From positions 1 through 59,949 of IMG/VR virus record IMGVR_UViG_3300038825_001248: a stretch of 59,949 bases of DNA; one strand, written 5' to 3'. This DNA is from a virus. Lineage: Duplodnaviria; Caudoviricetes. Below are positions 1-9,800 of the stretch, in pieces. The position numbers and the translations under genes are program-made. Each line of letters begins with the position of its first letter. The first letter of the stretch is position 1. The notes under the pieces are model-generated. The model had not been told where the DNA came from. It saw only the letters and a list, made by a program, of their open reading frames with translations, and ran no database searches.

Positions 1-101
1 TATATGGATATGCTAAGAAGTGTAACAGGTTTAAACGAAGCTAGAGATGGAACTAAACCTGATCCTTACGCACTAGTTGGTGTACAAAAATTAGCAGCTC
101 T
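1..101. repeat. Terminal direct repeat, left copy (circular overlap)
   Basis: 1-101 equals 59849-59949 except position 99 T versus 59947 C. Confidence 0.97.
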
Positions 102-891
102 TAATTCAAATACAGCTACCAGACATATTCTTCAGGGAAGCCTATATATAACACAAACATTGGCAGAAGCTTTATCTATTAGAATTGCAGATATTTTAGA
201 GTACGCAGATTTTAAAGAAGAATTTAAAATGCAAATTGGAAAATACAATGTAGGGATTCTTGAAGAAATAAATGATTTGTATATGTATGACTTTGGGATC
301 TTTATAGAGGTGGCTCCAGATGAAGAAGAAAAAGCGCAGCTTGAACAAAACATACAAATGGCTTTATCTAAAAATGATATTAATTTAGAAGATGCAATAG
401 ACATAAGAGAGTTAAAAAATATTAAGCTAGCCAATCAATTGTTAAAAGTTAAAAGACAAAAGAAGCAAGAAAAAGATCAGCAGTTTGCAATGACGCAAAA
501 ACAAATGGACGCTCAAACAAAAATGCAAGTGCAACAAATGCAATCAGAGCAAGAGATGAGAAAAATACAAATGGAGGCTCAAGTTCAAATGCAAGCAAAA
601 CAAGCTGAAGTAGCTTTTGATATTGAAAGGCTTAAAAATGAAGCAATGTTAAAAAGAGAATTGATGCAGGTGGAGTTTGATTTTAATATGCAACTCAAAG
701 GACGAGAAGAGCAGGCTATTGACAAAAGAGAAAAAGAAAGAGAAAAAGCTAAGAACAAAAGAATTAGCCAAGCTAATACTGAGCAATCTCAATTAATACA
801 ACAAAGAAAAAATAACTTACCTCCAATTAGTTTTGAGTCAAATGAAGACACCCTAGATGGTTTTGACTTGGCTGAATTTGAACCAAGATAA
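4..891 (+). CDS. Portal protein, C-terminal part (continues from 58304 across the junction; ~811 aa total)
   Basis: In frame with the ORF from 58304 via the overlap; Q/M-rich coiled-coil tail; directly follows the terminase. Confidence 0.88.
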   Translation: MDMLRSVTGLNEARDGTKPDPYALVGVQKLAALNSNTATRHILQGSLYITQTLAEALSIRIADILEYADFKEEFKMQIGKYNVGILEEINDLYMYDFGIFIEVAPDEEEKAQLEQNIQMALSKNDINLEDAIDIRELKNIKLANQLLKVKRQKKQEKDQQFAMTQKQMDAQTKMQVQQMQSEQEMRKIQMEAQVQMQAKQAEVAFDIERLKNEAMLKRELMQVEFDFNMQLKGREEQAIDKREKEREKAKNKRISQANTEQSQLIQQRKNNLPPISFESNEDTLDGFDLAEFEPR

Positions 892-1436
892 TGTTTGAAA
901 ATTTTAATATTGAAAAATACAAACAGATTTCTTTACCTAAAGATAATTCTTTAAGAACACTAGGTGAAATAAAAAAACTAAAATTGATGCCATTAAACAC
1001 AACTCTACCACATAAATATGATGATATAAAAAATGTGTTTCAAAATATTTTTTCATATCGTATAGAATCTTATCCATATAGGGTAGTAGAAAAGTTGATA
1101 AATGAATCCGAGCCTATAATTAAGAAAATTAAAAATTATCATAAACGACCAAGACCTAATGTAAATGCAAAAAAATTTAATATTGATTTAGATTATGTAA
1201 AAATGAAAAGCGCTCAAACCCCTGCATTTCCATCAGGCCATTCAGCACAATCAAAATTGGTGTCACTTGCGTTAACAGACATCTACCCTCATTTAAAAAA
1301 ACATTTTGATAAAGCAGCTGAAAATATATCTAATAGCAGAATAGTTGCAAGAGTGCACTATGAATCAGATAAAACAGCGGGAGAAAAATTAGGAATAGAT
1401 CTTTATAACCATATAAAGCATCTTAAATATATTTAG
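891..1436 (+). CDS. PAP2 / vanadium haloperoxidase-superfamily phosphatase
   Basis: Motifs KNYHKRPRP (Kx6RP), FPSGHS, SRIVARVHYESD (SRx5Hx3D). Confidence 0.88.
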   Translation: MFENFNIEKYKQISLPKDNSLRTLGEIKKLKLMPLNTTLPHKYDDIKNVFQNIFSYRIESYPYRVVEKLINESEPIIKKIKNYHKRPRPNVNAKKFNIDLDYVKMKSAQTPAFPSGHSAQSKLVSLALTDIYPHLKKHFDKAAENISNSRIVARVHYESDKTAGEKLGIDLYNHIKHLKYI

Positions 1437-1446
1437 AATTATTGTT

Positions 1447-1454
1447 TAACTTTG
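1447..1454 (+). promoter_or_regulatory. Bacteroidota -7 promoter element (scaffold/capsid)
   Basis: TAACTTTG 16 nt before ATG 1471. Confidence 0.65.
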
Positions 1455-1470
1455 TAAAAAATTAAATCAA

Positions 1471-2631
1471 ATGGAAATTAAAGTAAGAGATTTAGGCGAA
1501 CTAGAGTCTAAATCAACACAAGAAATCGAAAAAGAACTACTTGACAAGCACGAAGCTCAACAAGAATCATTGGATAATACAGAACCAAATGATGGCGTGG
1601 AGCGCGTTAATCTTCAAGAAGCTCCGGCAAAAGAAGAAAAAGTAGTTGAAGAAAAAATTGAAGAACCTGTAATAGAAACTCCAGAGGTTTCTGTACCAGA
1701 AATGTCAGAGAGTGATGTTCTTTCATATATTACAAATAAATACGGTGAAGAAGTGTCTTCACTGGATGACTTCATTGTAAAGCGAAATACATCTGAAGAA
1801 TTACCAGAAGATGTAAAAGCTTACTTTGAGTACAAAAAAGAAACAGGTAGGAGTATTGGTGATTTTGTAAAATTACAACAAGATTACGATTCTATGAATC
1901 CTGATTCTTTAATTGCTAGTTATTATTCTGCAACCGAAGAAGGTTTAGATTCTGAAGATATTCAATATCTAATGGATGATAAATTTGGTTACGACGAAGA
2001 CTTAGATGATGAAAAAGAAAAAAAGAAAAAACAATTAGCAAAAAAAAGAGAGCTATCTAAAGCTAAGAAATACTTTAAAGAGCAAAAAGAAAAATACAAA
2101 CTACCTCTTGAGTCAAGAGAAGTTGTTTCTGAAAGCAATAAAAAGGAAGTCGAAGCTTATAGGAAGTACATAGAAGAAAACGCTGTTTATGAAAAAGAAG
2201 CAGCAAAGAAGCTACAGTGGTTTAAAGAGGAAACTAATAAAGTCTTTAATAAAGATTTCAAAGGTTTTGAGTTTGTTATTAACGATAAGAAAATTTCTTA
2301 TTTGCCTGGATCTGTAGAGGATGTTAAACTGAGTCAATCGTCTATTGAGAATTTTATTCAAAGATATGTTGACGATAGAGGCTTGGTAAAAAACACCGAT
2401 CAGTATCATAGGGCTTTATCTATGGCAATGAATCCAGATAAGTACGCTAAGTTCTTTTACGAGCAAGGCAAGGCGGATGCAGTAGACAATATATCCAAAA
2501 AAACTAAAAATATAAATATGGATGTAAGGTCAACTCCACAAGTCACATCAAAATCTGGCTTCAAAGTAAGATCATTAAATCAAGACTCAGGTCGAGGTTT
2601 GAAGATCAGGAGTATAAAAAAAAGTAATTAA
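1471..2631 (+). CDS. Putative capsid scaffolding protein
   Basis: Highly acidic, helical, immediately upstream of the capsid gene. Confidence 0.6.
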   Translation: MEIKVRDLGELESKSTQEIEKELLDKHEAQQESLDNTEPNDGVERVNLQEAPAKEEKVVEEKIEEPVIETPEVSVPEMSESDVLSYITNKYGEEVSSLDDFIVKRNTSEELPEDVKAYFEYKKETGRSIGDFVKLQQDYDSMNPDSLIASYYSATEEGLDSEDIQYLMDDKFGYDEDLDDEKEKKKKQLAKKRELSKAKKYFKEQKEKYKLPLESREVVSESNKKEVEAYRKYIEENAVYEKEAAKKLQWFKEETNKVFNKDFKGFEFVINDKKISYLPGSVEDVKLSQSSIENFIQRYVDDRGLVKNTDQYHRALSMAMNPDKYAKFFYEQGKADAVDNISKKTKNINMDVRSTPQVTSKSGFKVRSLNQDSGRGLKIRSIKKSN

Positions 2632-2654
2632 TAACAATTTAAAAATTAAAAATT

Positions 2655-4085
2655 ATGGCTGGTTCAGTTAAAGCTACTCCTACTTTTGCATTACAACCTA
2701 GTGCAGAAAGAGTAGCCGTACAATCAAACTACATAACTAACTTTAACTTCTTAAATCAGTATCTACCGGATACTTATGAAAAGGAGTTTGAAAGATACGG
2801 GAATAGAACAGTGGCATCATTCTTAAGAATGGTAGGCGCTGAAATGCCTTCTAACTCTGACCTTATCAAATGGGCAGAGCAAGGAAGATTACACACTAAA
2901 TACAGTAACGTAACTTCAGGTGCAGCAGCAGCTCAAGACGTAGCTACATTAACAGTCAATGACGTACTTGTACCAGGTACAGGTGGTATTGCTATTAGAG
3001 TAGGTCAAACGTTTATGTTGTCTGACAGCTCAATTGGTTCTACTAACAGTAACAAAGGTATCGTTACTGCAGTAAACTATGGAGCAGGTACTATTGATGT
3101 TGCATATTACGAAGCAGGTGGTCAGACAATGGCTGCAGGTGTACAGTGTTCATTATTTATTTATGGTTCTGAATTCCAAAAAGGATCAGTTGCTATGGCA
3201 AATTCATTAGAAGCTGACGACGTTATCTTCCAGAATAGCCCAATCATTATCAAAGATCTTTACGAAGTATCTGGTTCTGATATGGCTCAAATTGGATGGA
3301 TCGAAGTTACTACTGAAAACGGAGCAACAGGATACTTATGGTATTTAAAATCAGAGCATGAAACAAGATTAAGATTCGAGGATTACCTAGAAACAGCTAT
3401 GGTGGAAGCAGTTCCAGCAGAAGCAGGTTCTGGTGTGGCAGCTATCGCAGCTGGTGTAGCATCAGGTACAGGTAACAAAGGATCTGAAGGATTGTTCTAT
3501 GTGTTAGGTCAAAGAGGAAATGTTTGGGGCGGTGGAATTCCAGCGGCTTTAGCAGACTTTGACGCTATTATTCAGAGATTAGATAAGCAAGGTGCTATCG
3601 AGGAAAATGTATTATTCTTAAATAGAGAATTTTCTTTTGACATGGATGACATGCTAGCTGCACAAAATTCATATGGTGCAGGTGGTAGCTCTTACGGTTT
3701 ATTTGATAATGACGAAGAGATGGCATTAAATTTAGGATTCTCTGGATTCAGAAGAGGTTATGATTTCTACAAAACAGATTGGAAATACCTTAACGATCCT
3801 ACTATGAGAGGTGATATTGTTGGAGGAAAAATCAATGGTGTACTTGTACCTGCTGGTTCTACTTCAGTATATGATCAAATCTTAGGTAAGAACGCTAAGA
3901 GACCATTCTTACACGTAAGATATAGAGCTTCTGAAACTGAAGATAGAAGATACAAAACATGGATTACTGGTTCTGCTGGTGGCGCTGCTACTTCAGGTAC
4001 TGATGTAATGCAAGTTAACTTCTTATCAGAAAGAGCGCTTTGTACTTTAGGTGCAAACAACTTCTTCTTATTCCAAGATGCATAA
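2655..4085 (+). CDS. Major capsid protein
   Basis: 476 aa; position after portal and scaffold; motifs FERYGNRT, KWAEQGRLH, LSERALCTLGANNF recalled from Bacteroidota phage capsids; followed by a terminator. Confidence 0.85.
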   Translation: MAGSVKATPTFALQPSAERVAVQSNYITNFNFLNQYLPDTYEKEFERYGNRTVASFLRMVGAEMPSNSDLIKWAEQGRLHTKYSNVTSGAAAAQDVATLTVNDVLVPGTGGIAIRVGQTFMLSDSSIGSTNSNKGIVTAVNYGAGTIDVAYYEAGGQTMAAGVQCSLFIYGSEFQKGSVAMANSLEADDVIFQNSPIIIKDLYEVSGSDMAQIGWIEVTTENGATGYLWYLKSEHETRLRFEDYLETAMVEAVPAEAGSGVAAIAAGVASGTGNKGSEGLFYVLGQRGNVWGGGIPAALADFDAIIQRLDKQGAIEENVLFLNREFSFDMDDMLAAQNSYGAGGSSYGLFDNDEEMALNLGFSGFRRGYDFYKTDWKYLNDPTMRGDIVGGKINGVLVPAGSTSVYDQILGKNAKRPFLHVRYRASETEDRRYKTWITGSAGGAATSGTDVMQVNFLSERALCTLGANNFFLFQDA

Positions 4086-4100
4086 TAAGTAGTTTTATAA

Positions 4101-4136
4101 TATCAAGGGGTGCAAGTCACCCCTTAGATATTTTTT
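4101..4136 (+). terminator. Intrinsic terminator after the capsid gene
   Basis: AAGGGGTG-caagt-CACCCCTT stem followed by a T-run. Confidence 0.75.
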
Positions 4137-4157
4137 ATAAATTTTAAATTAAATCAA

Positions 4158-4910
4158 ATGAAAAAAAATAAAAAAGTATACGAAGATAAAGTATACAGAC
4201 TCACCAGAGATGCAGCACCTCTTTCATATATGCTGTCATCAAAACACACAAAAAGAAAAGCCTTACTATATTTCGACGAAGAAACAGGAATCAATAGAGC
4301 TTTACGTTATGCTAGAAATCAAAAATCAATCTTTGAAGATGAGCAGGATGGTAATGCGATATTAGAGCCTATTATATTTGAAGAAGGAATGCTAAGAGTT
4401 CCAAGGCAAAATCAAATCTTACAAAAATTTTTAAACCTACACCCGGGTAACGGCAATGTTTTTTATGAAGTAAACAACGAACAAGACGCTGCTCAAGACA
4501 TGGAAGCAATGAACTTTGAATTAGAGGCACAAATAGCTGCACGCGATTTAAGCCTTTCTAAGCTTGAAAGTATTTCAAGAGTAGTATTAGGTGTTCGTGC
4601 AGATAAAATGACCACAGCAGAGCTTAAAAGAGATATTATGGTGTTTGCCAGAAGAGATCCGCAAGAGTTTTTGGATTTAATTAATGATCCTATGGTTGAG
4701 CTACAAGACGAAGTAGTTAAAATGTTTAGTGCAACTTTACTACAAATGAGAAACAAAAATAGAGATGTGTATTTTAATTTGAAGAAAAACAAAACTAAAA
4801 TGCTTACGGTTCCTCACGGCGAAGAAGCGTCATTTATAGTTGCTTCTTACTTTCAGACTGATGAAGGTGTAGAGTCTTACAAGTTGTTAAAGAAAATGCT
4901 AGAAAAATAA
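4158..4910 (+). CDS. Hypothetical protein, morphogenesis module
   Basis: 250 aa ORF between capsid and tail ring genes. Confidence 0.6.
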   Translation: MKKNKKVYEDKVYRLTRDAAPLSYMLSSKHTKRKALLYFDEETGINRALRYARNQKSIFEDEQDGNAILEPIIFEEGMLRVPRQNQILQKFLNLHPGNGNVFYEVNNEQDAAQDMEAMNFELEAQIAARDLSLSKLESISRVVLGVRADKMTTAELKRDIMVFARRDPQEFLDLINDPMVELQDEVVKMFSATLLQMRNKNRDVYFNLKKNKTKMLTVPHGEEASFIVASYFQTDEGVESYKLLKKMLEK

Positions 4911-4952
4911 AGGGGTATATCCTCGAATAAATCAAAACGTATTTTTTTTATG

Positions 4953-4960
4953 TATCTTTG
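4953..4960 (+). promoter_or_regulatory. Bacteroidota -7 promoter element
   Basis: TATCTTTG upstream of ATG 4978. Confidence 0.6.
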
Positions 4961-4977
4961 TATAAACACTAGATACG

Positions 4978-5925
4978 ATGATAAACGAAGTACGAAATGC
5001 AGTAATGGCTGTAATAAATAAAAATAACTACGGGTATATTTCCCCTAGTGATTTTAATTTATTTGCAGAACAAGCGCAACTTGATATATTCGAGGATTAT
5101 TTCTATTTATACAACAATCAGCTTAATGCTGAAGTAATGCGTAAATCCGGTACAGGATACGCAAACATTACTAAAGGTATTGTAGAGGTTATAGATAGTT
5201 TTTCTGTTAACACATTTCTTACACAAGTAAATGCTAATACATACAGCCTTCCTTCAGATTATTATTTAGTAGATAAGATATTTTATTATTCAAACTTATT
5301 AGATTCTGGAACAGCTACATCCACCCTAGGATCATTGTTGATAGATGGAAGTCAAAACTTTTTAACAACAGTAACACCAGGTAGCCTGGTGGTAAACTCA
5401 ACCATATCACTACAGGCCTTTGTAGTTTCAGTAGATAGTGACATTCAAATAACTCTTAGTAGTCCTATAATGGCCGCAGGTCAAAACTACTCTATTTACT
5501 CTAATACTCATATTAAGGAAGTAGAAAGGATTACACAAAACAAAGTATTTTACCTAACCAATTCTAACATTGCTGCTCCAACTACAATGTTCCCAGCATA
5601 TGTATTAGATAGCGCAACTGGAACGGCATTAGGAAATACAGTTACCGTTTATCCTACGACTATCACTGGAGCAGCTGACATACATGCTCAGTATGTAAGA
5701 TACCCGCTTGCACCTAAATGGACATTCACTTCGTTGTCTGGAGGCGAGCCAGTATTTAACGCATCAGCTAGTGATTATCAAGATTTTGAATTACCAGAAT
5801 CAGACATGAATGGTTTAGTTAATAAAATTTTACAATACGCAGGTGTGTCTGTAAGAGAAGCAGATGTTACTAAGTTTGGTCAATCGTTGGAAGCAGAAGA
5901 TAGATTAACAGAAACTACACAATAA
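4978..5925 (+). CDS. Putative head-tail adaptor / ring protein
   Basis: NKNNYGYISPSDFNLFAEQAQ N-terminus and KILQYAG C-terminus; position. Confidence 0.6.
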   Translation: MINEVRNAVMAVINKNNYGYISPSDFNLFAEQAQLDIFEDYFYLYNNQLNAEVMRKSGTGYANITKGIVEVIDSFSVNTFLTQVNANTYSLPSDYYLVDKIFYYSNLLDSGTATSTLGSLLIDGSQNFLTTVTPGSLVVNSTISLQAFVVSVDSDIQITLSSPIMAAGQNYSIYSNTHIKEVERITQNKVFYLTNSNIAAPTTMFPAYVLDSATGTALGNTVTVYPTTITGAADIHAQYVRYPLAPKWTFTSLSGGEPVFNASASDYQDFELPESDMNGLVNKILQYAGVSVREADVTKFGQSLEAEDRLTETTQ

Positions 5926-5929
5926 GATT

Positions 5930-6850
5930 ATGGCATATTTAACAGGTTATCAATATTACGAAAATTCAGGCAACATTCCAGAAGATGCAAATTGGGGTAG
6001 CTATCAGTATGTTTCATTAGAAGATATAGTAAATAACTTTATGCTTATCTACAATGACAACTTACAGTTAATTAACAACGTTAATAGATACCAGGTTTTA
6101 TTCTTTGCTAAAAGAGCTATACAAGAATTAAATTACGATGCATTCAAAGAAATTAAAGTTTTAGAACTGGATGTGTGTGACAGGTTGAGGTATGTGTTAC
6201 CTACAGACTATGTTAACTATGTTAGAATTTCTATGTATAAAGACGGTATGTTATTACCCCTTAGCGAAAACATACAAGTTAATTCAGCTAAAAGTTATTT
6301 GCAAGCTCATGATTGCAGAATACTGTTTGATATTAATGGAAACATTTTAGAAGCAGAATATTCGGCTTTAGACAGGCAAAGAATTGCAGGTACCAAAAAA
6401 TCTATTTATCTTGGTGAAGGCCAGTATAATGGTAGAATGGGGTATTGCGTAGATGGCTGCTGGTATTTTGATTATCAGATCGGCGCAAGATTTGGCTTGA
6501 ATACAGAAACAGCCAATATAAATCCAACATACAGAATTGATAAAAAAGCTGGTGTTATAAATTTTAGTTCAGGTATGGCAAATCAATTGTGTGTATTAGA
6601 ATATGTATCAGACGGAATGGAAAATGGAAATGATGCAGCAGTAAGTGTAAATAAATTATTTGAAGATTATGTTTACTCTTACATTAAGTATGCTATTTTA
6701 AACTCAAGATTAGGTGTGCAAGAGTTTATAGTAAATAGAGCAAGGAAAGATAAATCAGCACTTTTAAGAAATGCAAAAATTCGCCTAAGCGACATACATC
6801 CAGGTAGGCTTTTAATGAATCTTAGAAGTCAAGCAAAGTGGATTAAATGA
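5930..6850 (+). CDS. Putative tail tubular / ring protein
   Basis: LPTDYVNYVRIS and LEYVSDG motifs; precedes the nozzle gene. Confidence 0.6.
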   Translation: MAYLTGYQYYENSGNIPEDANWGSYQYVSLEDIVNNFMLIYNDNLQLINNVNRYQVLFFAKRAIQELNYDAFKEIKVLELDVCDRLRYVLPTDYVNYVRISMYKDGMLLPLSENIQVNSAKSYLQAHDCRILFDINGNILEAEYSALDRQRIAGTKKSIYLGEGQYNGRMGYCVDGCWYFDYQIGARFGLNTETANINPTYRIDKKAGVINFSSGMANQLCVLEYVSDGMENGNDAAVSVNKLFEDYVYSYIKYAILNSRLGVQEFIVNRARKDKSALLRNAKIRLSDIHPGRLLMNLRSQAKWIK

Positions 6851-9800
6851 CGGTAATACAAACTAATTTTATTAAAGGCCGAATGAATAAGTCGGTTGAT
6901 GAAAGACTACTTCCCCCAGGTGAATACGTAGACGCTTTAAACGTGCGACTTGGTTCCACTGAAGACACAGAGATAGGATCTGTAGAAAACTCTAAGGGTA
7001 ATTCATTGATAGCAGAATTAACCTATGATGGTGTAACTCTAGATCCTGCAAGCACAAAATGCATTGGTGTGTTAGAAGATGGTGCAAACAACACCATATA
7101 CTGGTTTGTCCATGACTCTGACAACCCAATGTCTGCTACAAAGATAGTTGATATGATTGTGTCATATAATGTTATAAACAACAATTTAGTTTATCATGTT
7201 ATATCTACAAGTGTGTTGAATTTTAATCCTACATACTTAATCAATGGTGTAAATAAAATAGATGAGTTATTGTTTTTTACAGACAATATAAATCCACCTA
7301 GGTGTATAAACGTGACAAGGGCTTATCTTCCTCCAACAGCACTTGATGTAGACCAGATTACAGCCGCAGAGCTTAATGTAATTAAAGCACCACCAATGTC
7401 TGCGCCTACAATTAATTTGCTTCAATCAGGTCAAGAAGAAAACTTTTTAGAAAAAAATATTGTAAGCTTTGCTTATAGATATAGATATTTGGATGATGAA
7501 TATTCTGCCATATCTCAGTTTAGTGATATTGCCTTTGTGCCTAGTTTTTTTAGTTTGAATACCAGTGATTTATCTAACGCTGGAATGGAAAACGCTTTTA
7601 ATACAGCTGAAGTTACATTTAACACTGGTAGCAAATTAGTTAAAGAAATAGATTTACTTTTTAAATATGCTAATCAACCAGGGGTTTACGTAATTGAAAA
7701 GTTTAATAAGGGAATATTAGGGTGGTCTAACAATATAAATAGAACAGAAGTTTTTCGACACAACCAAATATATACTGCTCTTAGTGATAACCAACTAACC
7801 AGGTTATTTGACAACGTACCAAGAACAGCAAAGTCTCAAACCATCATGGCAAACAGGCTTATGTATGGAAACTATGTGGATGGGTACAATGTTAACAATC
7901 AATTAAATTACACCATTAATATTAATAGCGACGTTGTAAACCTTGAAGAATTTACAGCAACATTAAGTGATGGTGCTTACACAATAGACATTAGCAAAAC
8001 AATTTCAAATTCCGTAGCTACATTTGATTTTTCTGAAATAGATAGTTCTACGATATTAAAGCAGGATACTCAAATAGGATTTCAGTTTAATTTTCGATCT
8101 CAAGATTTTGATGCACCAGGCGGGGGCGCAGCTCCAGGCGCGCCTACTCAAGCTTTAACTACGATAGCTTTTTCATTGACTTTAAATCAAGACTACAATA
8201 GTATATATGATTTATTTAGTGGATCTTTTTTAATTCAACAAATAGGGCCGGGTGTATCAGGTCCTTTTATGACAAATAACCCTTGTAATGAAACTACATT
8301 TACCGACATTTTAAATTGTGCAATTAGTGATCAAAATACTACGTTTCAACATTCATATTCAGGAATTGACGGTAGGAATGAACCTATAAAAATTACTACA
8401 AACCCAGGGAGCTCTTCTGTAAGCTTTCAATTAGTAGCTGCTGAATTTGATGATTCAACATCAGGCGGTGCTTCAACAGATATGTACGGTTACTATAAAT
8501 TTACTGCCGCTCAAGCTGATTTTTCTTCTAATGGTAATAGAAAAAGTTTACACAGTAATAGAAACTATGATGTAGGTATTGTGTATATGGATGAATACTT
8601 AAGAAGCACTACTGCTTTAACATCTAGAAACAATACAACATACATTCCTCCTGCTAATTCTATTGCAGCCAACAGCCTGGAAGTAACAATACCCACAACA
8701 ATGTCGCCGCCTTTATGGGCAAGCAAATATAAATTTGTAGTTAAAAGAGCTGAAGATACTTATGAAACAATTTATTCTGTAATCTCATTTGATGACGATG
8801 CTACGAATTCTGTGTGGGTAAGACTTGAGGGTGATAATCAGGTAAAAGCAAAAGAAGGTGATTTTTTAATTGTAAAAGCAGATGTTAATGGGCCACTAAA
8901 CACAATAGTAAAAACTAAAATTTTAGCTTTAGAATCAAAAGCAAATAATTTTTTAACACCAGAAGCTTCAACTGCATCTAATCCTTTTATTGCAGAGCCC
9001 GCAGGATTATATATGAATTTAAGACCTCAAGGATTTACAATTACTGATAATGTAAATGGATTTTATGACAGCGGTCTAGAATCTGCTCAAAGCGCCAAAA
9101 GACCTCCTAATCCTGCTTTTCCAAATCGACCAGTTGCTAGAGCTTTAATACCTTTATATGTAGAAGATTATTCGTCTGGATCATTGCAGGTAGAAAATGT
9201 TGCGGTGCCTGAAGGATCTCTTGTTAATTTTTCTATTAGAATTAATAGAAATGCTTCTGACGGTGGTTTTGGAACAGGCTCATCCGCTCAACAAACCTAT
9301 GAATACAACAGAAGTGTAACCGCCTCTCAAAACTATGACAACATGTATGACTTTGTGTTTGGAGAAGGAATTGATTTTACAGAGGGTGTCCAGTCGGGAA
9401 CCGGAACACAACCTGGTAATCAGTTATTTTCTAATTTTTTTATGTGGTCAGATCCACCTCCTTTTAGCCCTGCTGAAACAGCTGACAACTATTATCAATT
9501 TGGTACGGTTGGCGGAATACCCCCTATAACAGGTTTAAATTCTCCAATAGTACAAGGCACTAAATTATCTTTAGGAATTAAAAGTGCAAAGGGTGGTGAT
9601 AGCGGTCAAAGAACTGTTATAACAGGAAGAATTACCATTAACATAGGAACAGCATCTCTTATATTAGAAACAGAACCTCTTAATGCTGACCTAGATATAT
9701 ACTATGAAAATGATGAGGTGTTTGATATAACTGGAGGATTTCATCAGTCAGGTAGCAAAACAGGAGATCAAAATCAAACTGCTGTACAACCAGCTATAGT

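Noticed and set aside
1-101. Terminal repeat as a biological DTR
   Set aside because: It falls mid-portal and is about k-mer or read sized; better explained as assembly overlap
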